This document shows positions 55,695 through 64,000 of a stretch of 64,000 bases of DNA, in pieces (the stretch's first letter is position 1; each line of letters opens with the position of its first letter). The notes beneath the pieces are model-generated. The model was not told where the DNA came from. It ran no database searches and saw nothing but the letters and a program-made list of their open reading frames with translations. The DNA comes from the human T2T-CHM13v2.0 reference genome, Homo sapiens. The translations under genes and the position numbers were made by a program. The stretch is taken from NCBI RefSeq assembly GCF_009914755.1, contig NC_060936.1; one strand, 5' to 3'.

Positions 55695-57489
55695 GGGGCA
55701 TTCTAAAATTATTTCCCCAACACTTCTCAGAATTATCAAGTTCACCAAAAACAAGAAATATCTATGAAACTGTCACACCCAAGAGTAGTTTAAGGAGTTA
55801 TAACAACTAAGTGTAATTTGGATTCTGGGTGAGATTCTGGAAAATAAAAAGGATATTATGTAAAAAGGAAATCTGAGTGAAGTAAGAACTTAATAAAAAA
55901 TGAATCAATATCGATTCATTAATTGTGACAAATGTATCACACTAATAATAGGAAAAAATGAATATGGGTGTATGGGAACTCTTTATACTATTTTCATAAT
56001 TTTTCTATAAATTAAGACTATCCTAAAAAGTTTATTTAAAAATTATGTACCTTAGAATCACACAGGTACATGGGGGAATTTACCTGATTTGTTTGACTAC
56101 AAAAAGTAGTCTAGGGGAAGAATTAGTAATAGATATGTACTAAATTAAGCAAATTAAAATGAGGCAATTATAAATTCCAGCTTTCAAAAAATAGTCATTA
56201 TATATAGACAGGAAATATTATTACCAAAATTTGTGATGTAAAAATATTGGGAGGTTAGGGAGTTGAGGAATGAGCATGTAGCATGAGGAAAAATTCTACA
56301 GACAATGCAGTTGAATTGAAAAATATGAAAAAGTAACATATTTGTTTGGAGCTAGAGATATAAACAGCAGAAGAAAGAGTTCTAGTAGTTAAATCAGTTG
56401 CTTCTGAGGATCAAGGCTCAGTATTAAAGCAGTTGTTGACTGTTTAAACTACATATTTCTAAGAAAACCTATTAAATATAAATAAAAAAAGATAGAGTAG
56501 TGTGTTTAATGGAGAAGCATTAGACAGAAATTTAGAAATCTTCAGTGCTTGCACTAACAAGTTATATGACTTTAAGCACAGCACTACCATAGGTCTTCAT
56601 TTTCTCATTTATGAGCTGAAAGATTGGAACAGATGATGGCTAAAGGACCTTCCACTCTATGATTTTATGACAGTGGAAAAAATAAACACAATTTTAAAGA
56701 AATAATACCAGATTTTTAAGGTTTTTAAAAAACTTAACAGGTTCTAGGAAGTTTAATGATTAAGTAGAAAAGAAAAATAAGTTAATGAAAATGTAGTTTT
56801 CTAACAATGTGTGTCAAATTTTGTAATGTAATTTAAATAAAGGAACAACTGTTAGGAGACCAGGTCCATCGATATTTAGGTTATTAAATCACGAACAATA
56901 AACTAATGTTTTACCAAGAAAACGTGCAGCCAGATATATTTTGACAAACGTATTCAATGAGTTGGAAAGTAAGTGACTAAAGAGAGACACCAGATATAAG
57001 ACATTAGTTTATTTAACATTTTTTAAAACAAAATTAGAATTGAAGTTTTCTTGTGAATAAAATTACTGTCAAGTGACTTGAAGTCAGTTGGAAAATTTTT
57101 ATATCCAAAAATTATACATATATCTAACTTAGAAAGGCAGTTAGGCTGGCACAAAGGCCTTTACGGTCTTCATTAATGATACAAAATTGTGAAAATGATA
57201 CCACTGAAGAGTTAGCATGCCTTAACAATCATCACTACAGAATAAAAATGTATTAAAAGGAATTTGAGAATTTACAGTATTGTGTGTGCAGAGAATACTA
57301 ATGGGATGTGCCATGAAAATAATTTCATTCTTTGGGAGAAAATAAAATTTGGACGACAGACTTTCAAAAAGCACGCATACAGACACAAACACATAAATGT
57401 TTCAGGTAACTACAGTTTACATTATAGAGGTACACTACATTTATTTTAAGCTGCAAGGAATAAGGTGGAGTAACAACCAAGGCTTGCCA

Positions 57490-58300
57490 CATATGTATCT
57501 GACAAAGGAATTATATCCAGAATATTTGAGAAGCTCTTACCACTTCTCAAAAGAGGATATACAAATGGAAAAAAGGAAAAAAAAAGATGGTAATTTTACA
57601 AATTATTTAAAAGACATGCAAATGAAACCCACCAAGACAAACTATGATACACATGCCAGAAGGACTAAAATGTTAGAAAATACAAAATATTTGTAAGGAT
57701 ACAAAGCAACTGAAACTCTCATTTTTGTCTGATGTGATTGTTAATTGGTACAACTACTTTAGAAAACCATCGTTATTTACTAAAGCTGCATATGTACATG
57801 ATCCATTGATTCCATCCTGAGGTATATATCCAACAGAAATTTTAGATATATTCACCAAAATGCATGAACACAAAAGCTCATAGCAGCATTGTATGTTATT
57901 ACTGCCAACTGGAAACTACTCTAATGCCCACAAACAGTTGAATGGGTTAATTAATTATTATTTGCCTACATAGTATAATACTGTACAGCAATGAGACTGC
58001 CAACACACAAAAATGTGCATAAATATTCACAAGGATGATAATGAGTGAAAGAAGACAGACAAAATGAATGTAATGGATAATTTTATTTATATAAAGTATC
58101 AAAGCAATTGAAAATAGTCTATGCCGTTAAAAGTCAGTATCATTGGTGGAAGCAGTAATAGAAGCAGGAGTCTTTTGGGGCTACTAGTAATATTTGTTTC
58201 CTTGATCTGGGTGTTAGTTTTTGAAAATTAAGTGAGTTTATGTATACTTCAGAGTAAATTTAAGATATGGGCTCTTAGGGGCATGCATATGATACTTCAG
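57490..58300 (+). mobile_element. Ancient L1ME-like 3' fragment
   Basis: tatctgacaaaggaattatatccagaata...aattggtacaactactttagaaaa...ccttgatctgggtg. Confidence 0.7.
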
Positions 58301-59189
58301 AATTATTGAAAGTTCTGTAAATTTTGCCTCTTCAATAGTTCTCATCTTTGTTACCTCCTTAACACTCCAGTGTACACATGTTTATCTCAGACCTTTATTA
58401 CTTTAAGCTAAACAATTGTTAATTTTCCACACTTTTCTCCCTTTCAATTACTTCTAATTGCAATTGACAGATACGTTTTCATAAGCAGAGCCTCAATCAT
58501 GCAACTCCTTATTGGTTATGAAAGTAAGTTAAAATTTTTAATATGGCTTTAGAGGCCTCCATACTTTACTTCCAAGAAATATTCTCACCCAATCTTGCCT
58601 TAAACTAAACAAAAGTACTATTCATTATTAGTCTAAACATGACTTTGTCTACTTCTAGTCTTACGCTACTCTTCTTTGAAGAGTTTCTACCACTCTGTTG
58701 AAATTATACTTCCTTCCAGTCCCAATTCAAATGTCCCAGTCTCCATCAGACTGTCCTGGACCACTGTCTCCCACCCTGTTTCAGAATATGGTCTCTCCCT
58801 TTTTTAAGAGTTGCTTTACAGTTATTGCATGCCTCCTTTTTATGGATTGCATTATCTTCTGCCATATGTACAATGTACTATATATTTTATCCTATCCTCT
58901 CTTTTCTGATTCTAACCTTCAATGGGAGAAATTTTGTTTAACTGTTTTTTTCACCACCTGCCTTACTTAATCAATTTTGCACATCATGAGTGATCAGTAA
59001 ACATTTTAAAGCTTCATGGAATCAGAATAACCTAAAAACTGTTTGCTGCTTTAAACTTTTAAATTAAGTTCTCGTGATACATTATAATTATAGTATCTGC
59101 TACTTTATGCTTAACAACCTTGTGATTATCTCTGACCAAATGATTGAATTTAACTGTGTATTCTGCCATATATAAAATGTGCTCCTCTC

Positions 59190-59816
59190 CACTTTTACAC
59201 TGTTGGTGGGACTGTAAACTAGTTCAACCATTGTGGAAGACACTGTGGCAATTCCTCAAGGATCTAGAACTAGAAATACCATTTGACCCAGCCATCCCAT
59301 TACTGGGTATAGACCCAAAGGATTATAAATCATGCTGCTATAAAGACACATGCACATGTATGTTTATTGTGGCATTATTCACAATAGCAAAGACTTGGAA
59401 CCAACCCAAATATCCATCAATGATAGACTGGATAAAGAAAATGTGGCACATATACATCATGGAATACTATGCAGCCATACAAAAGGATGAGTTCATGTCC
59501 TTTGTAGGGACATGGATGAAGCTGGAAACAATCATTCTCAGCAAACTATCCCAAGAACAAAAAACCAAACACTGCATGTTCTCACTCATAGGTGGGAATT
59601 GAACACTGAGAACACTTGGACACAGGAAGGGGAACATCACACACCAGGGCCTGTTGTGGGGTGGGGGGAGCGGGGAGGGATAGCATTAGGAGATAAACCT
59701 AATGTAAATTACGAGTTAATGGGTGCAGCACACCAACATGGCACATGTATACATATGTAACAAACCTGCACATTGTGCGCATGTACACTAGAACTTAAAG
59801 TATAATAATAAAAAAA
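59190..59816 (+). mobile_element. 5'-truncated L1PA (L1PA5-like)
   Basis: ORF2 C-terminal sequence ([16 protein letters not shown]) and 3'UTR. TSD ATAAAATGTG(C/T)TCCTCTC at 59172-59189 and 60000-60017 also encloses extra 3' sequence. Confidence 0.95.
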
Positions 59817-60446
59817 TAGAGAGAAAAGCACAATAAGTAAAAAATTATTCCAATAAAGGTAGAAAAAGTAGAACAGGAAAACAAAATCATGCTGAGTTAA
59901 AAAATATAAAACAAAGTGCAGAAAAAATTTGAAACATTATCACTTCCCATAATAAATGTTTGGCAAGTTAAAAAAATAATAAATAAATAAATACATAAAA
60001 TAAAATGTGTTCCTCTCTACATTTTTTCAGAAAATGAAATTTCAGGGAAATTTATCATGACTCTCAATGTTGAAAAAAACAATGAAACTTAAAAAAAAGT
60101 TTGTACAAGGTGAGAATACAATTGTATATTTTCCTTTGTATTTTTCAAATCATATAAAGACATTGAAGTAAAGGTAACTTTAGCATAACCAGACCTGCCA
60201 TTTTTCATATTACTATGAATTTTAGACCATTATTAGCTAGTTAGATTATACCACTGAGTTTTTTTTTGTCTTGTCATATTAAGTTGGTATTTTTGGTAAT
60301 ATTGAGTTGATATTTTTCATAAATGTTCTGTATGAAATTTGTACTATTATTTAAAATGAGCCACATTTAACTGGTTTAACCATAAGAAAGTAAAAAGAAA
60401 GGAAAAGTTGATGTTTTAATGTAGCTTGCCCTTTGGGGATTGAAAT

Positions 60447-60840
<394 letters not shown>

Positions 60841-61123
60841 CTATGCTGTTACATTATATCCTTACAAATATCCAGCAAGATAATACTATTATCAATACTA
60901 TACATGACTTGCCCAAGACCACACAATTTACAAGTGACAAGGCTGAGATTCAGCTAAGCAAAATTTTTTTTAAAAAGCAGCTTCCTTTCAGAAGAATAGT
61001 GGGCAACAGGAGATTGTCAATAGGAATTACCTTTCAAGTCCTGTGGCTTGTTAGTGCTTACAGCCTACTGAGTCCTCTATCAAATTAGAAAACTTTAAGA
61101 AACTTTAAGAAAAAGCATAAGCT

Positions 61124-61124
<1 letters not shown>

Positions 61125-61160
<36 letters not shown>
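61125..61160. repeat. (CA)n microsatellite
   Basis: About 18 CA units. Confidence 0.97.
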
Positions 61161-61165
<5 letters not shown>

Positions 61166-62799
61166 AAAAACTCTGTACTTCTATTTGCACAAGAATTTTG
61201 GAGTCTATCATTTATTAAGGAACTCTGAAATAAAAATCTGAAGATATAATTTTAGTTTTCACTTTGCCAATTTCTACCTATATATTTTCATAAACTCGAG
61301 CAAGGTAATTCACTTTTATGAGTTTATGTTTTCTAATTTGTAAAGTGGAGATGACATCTACCCTAAGTATTTTACCTAATTATTTTAAGGATGAATAAAA
61401 TTATGAATAAACACTGTTTTTGTTACCTACAAAAAGCAATTCATGTATATATTATTATAATTATATATCTGAGACTGTATATGACGGTGTTTTAGGAAAA
61501 CTGAAAATAGAGTGCATTTAAATTTCATAAAAGTTGTGAAAACCTGGGAATCATGCTTCTGAGTGTTAACTATTGCTATAGCAATCAAACTGCTTTCGAA
61601 CATTGTCATCATTGTGAAACCTAAATGATGCCAGGACTATTTGATGACCAAGCTTGTCCCCGCATCACATTCAAAGAACTATCAATCCAGCATCAAAAAA
61701 TAATTGAAAGCAATTTCATATCTGTATTGCTTCCTCTTAAAAGGTCACAGTGGTTATATTCACAGCATGCAACTAAACTTCTTGAATTTCTCTTTTTCAC
61801 CCGTCCTTGCATTCCATCCCCAATGTCTCACAGGCATTTTATCAAAAGCTAAAGATTCTTTCTCTACTTCAAGTTTCTGAAAATTGTCTCAATCCCAGTT
61901 CATAAATGTTCTTTATCCTCCTCATCCCATTTTTGTCTGTTTCTTTAGTGAGTACTAAAGAAATGGTAACATTCACCTCTTGCCAGATGAATGCTAATAG
62001 CCTCTGTAGGCTCTTCGTTTCTCTCTTATTTAAAACTTTCATTAAAACCTAGTAGCCAACACAGAACCTCCTTAGGGAGTGCATAGCAGCAAAAGCCTAT
62101 GGATGCTAACAGATTAATATCTTTCCCCTCAACACAACTATTATGTCAAAGCACTGCCTACATATTGAAAAATACCTAATCTAAAGAGAAAAATCAGTTG
62201 TATGATTTGGTCTCATTCTTAAGGAAAACGTTCTAAGTAAACTCTAAAACCGCTCAGTAACTAATGCCCATTAGAGTAGTCAAGTGAATGTGGTTCTGCC
62301 CTGTGTTTTTCCATTATTTATTCATTTTTTCTACTATGATTTTATTTTGCCAAAGAATTTAAGAGCCAAAAAAGAGGTGCTACATATGACTGTGGCACAG
62401 GTCAACCTGAAAAAATTGGGATAGAACAAGATTGGATGCAGATTGCTTTAACCATGAATAGGGCTAAAAAGACTTGAAGTAGGAAGACTGTGGTAAGAAT
62501 GAGAAGAAAGACAGTAATGTGAGAGAAGCTATAAATAAACTATAAGCTATAAGTTGGAGCTCTGGAAAGATAGGAGAACAGCAAGGAGATTTGGAAGCCA
62601 CTCACTTATAAATAAAAGCAGAAAGAGAATTGATAAAAATAGGGAAAAAAAAGAAGGTGAATGAGGTAATAGTGCATAATTTTCTTTAGTTTGTTTGGAA
62701 TGAGATTATTAACTGCTTTCATAGTGAAGTGCATTGTATAAATGTTCATTGACACTAAAAGTGAATGTCCTCATTTCTTTAAAGCCCTAATTCTTTGTT

Positions 62800-62957
62800 A
62801 AAGTGGGGGAGGGAGGTAATGAAAAATTACTTAATGGGTATAATGTACATTATTATTGGGGTGATACACCCACTAAAAGCCAAGACTTCACCACTATGTG
62901 ATATGCCCATGTGAAAAAAATTGCACTTGTACCTCTTAAATTTATACACATAAAAAG
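62800..62957 (+). mobile_element. L1MA 3' end fragment
   Basis: gaaaaattacttaatgggtataatgtac...aaagccaagacttcaccactatg...ttgcacttgtacc. Confidence 0.8.
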
Positions 62958-63446
62958 GCACTTTTTGCATCTCAAATTATTTTAGAATAAATATTGAGGC
63001 ATTTTTGTTATGCATTATAAGGTTTTCTGAATAAAATAATTGCTATTTAGATCTCCAACTATTTTTATTACAGATAACAATTATTAAATTTAAAAGTCTT
63101 TGATGCCTTGAAGGGTTAATTTAGAACTGAGGCAAAACTGAAATCATTTGATCATGAGATTTGTTTTATTATTTGTTTGATTTTTTACCTTTTGGAAGTA
63201 AGGAAAACTGGCGAGTCAGTTTTACAATGGCTATATTATTAAAAACAGCATAGTAGTACTCATGTTGGAATTGCAACCAGACTAGAGATGTCATCATTTT
63301 GTCTGAGTTGGGAGCTGGGCTAGGGGTGGAAGGAATGCGGGAGCCTAGGAGGGGAACTTACGGCAGGACCAGCTGGCAATTTCCAGTCATGACCCAGGTG
63401 AACAACCATCATCAGGATCTTGGGTGTGTACCTGAGTCTGAAAACG

Positions 63447-63743
63447 TGGGTCTTGCTCTGTTACCCAGGCTGGAATGCAATGACACAATCAAAGCTCAAA
63501 GCAGCCTTGACCTCCTGGGCTCAAGCAATCCTTCTGCTTTATCCTCCTGCCTCATCATTATGGGTAGCTGGGTCTGCAGGTGTGCACCACCACATCTGGA
63601 AATTTTTTTTTTTTTTTTTTTTTTGGTAGAAATGGATTCACTATGTTGCCTAGGCTGGTCTCAAACTCCTGGGCTCAAGCAATCCACCCACCTTGGTCTC
63701 CCAAAGGATTGGGATTATAGGCATGAGCCACAACACCTTGCCC
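63447..63743 (-). mobile_element. AluJ lacking its A tail
   Basis: gggtcttgctctgttacccaggctgg...cctcctgggctcaagcaatcc (J-type) in both arms. Confidence 0.88.
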
Positions 63744-63824
63744 AGTATTCATTTTTACAAAATTTTAACCGACATATGAAGAAAGAAGTCAGTCAGTTAA
63801 AGAATGAGGTCAAAAGCATGGCCA

Positions 63825-64000
63825 AAATGTGTACATTGAAGTTCTAACCCCCAGTTTCTTAGAATGTGGTTATAATTGGGATAAGGTCTTTCAAGAGGTG
63901 CTGAAGTCATATGAAGTCATAGGAGTGGGCCTTAATTCAATATAACTGGTTTACTTTTAAGTGGAGATTAGGACACAGAAGCACAGCAGGAAGACCACAT
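63825..64000 (+). mobile_element. MLT1A/B-like LTR, running off the window end
   Basis: tgaagttctaacccccagt...gaatgtg...ggagtgggccttaattcaatataactgg. Confidence 0.75.

Larger units (their letters stand above)
52530..56040 (+). mobile_element. Ancient L1MC/L1MD 3' portion (ORF2 end plus long 3'UTR), interrupted by two MaLR LTRs
   Basis: ORF2-like aaatgcaaattaaagcaacaatgagataccactatacacc; L1MD/MC 3'UTR motifs gaagcaatgatg...ccattctccaataag. Confidence 0.8.

Noticed and set aside
63299-63847. 182-aa ORF
   Set aside because: Non-ATG start, mostly antisense AluJ translation, no promoter or splice support.

Overview
AT-rich, repeat-dense primate (most likely human) DNA with one protein-coding gene. 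It is the 3-exon ALG10B/KCR1 (Dol-P-Glc alpha-1,2-glucosyltransferase, 473 aa; CDS 12552-12722, 13919-14116, 15819-16871, + strand), with a CpG/ETS promoter and a likely 3' UTR of up to ~8.5 kb ending near 25340. The rest is intergenic and made of transposable elements: SVA, L1PA/PB/M, Alu, THE1/MST/MLT LTRs, LTR22, MADE1, MER and Tigger. Almost all other ORFs in the track are repeat-derived or spurious. I found no new protein-coding system. The main signals are structural: (1) an apparent L1-into-L1 chimeric insertion carrying a 3' transduction (47.4-49.9 kb); (2) a second L1 3' transduction (59.8-60.0 kb); (3) a full-length SVA inserted into the downstream element of the distal ALG10B poly(A) site; (4) a miR-548-type MADE1 hairpin just after the proximal poly(A) signals; (5) a tandem Alu pair with a triplicated target site; (6) a full-length L1PB lacking its endonuclease domain. 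Subfamily names and paralog comparisons are from memory and were not computed.
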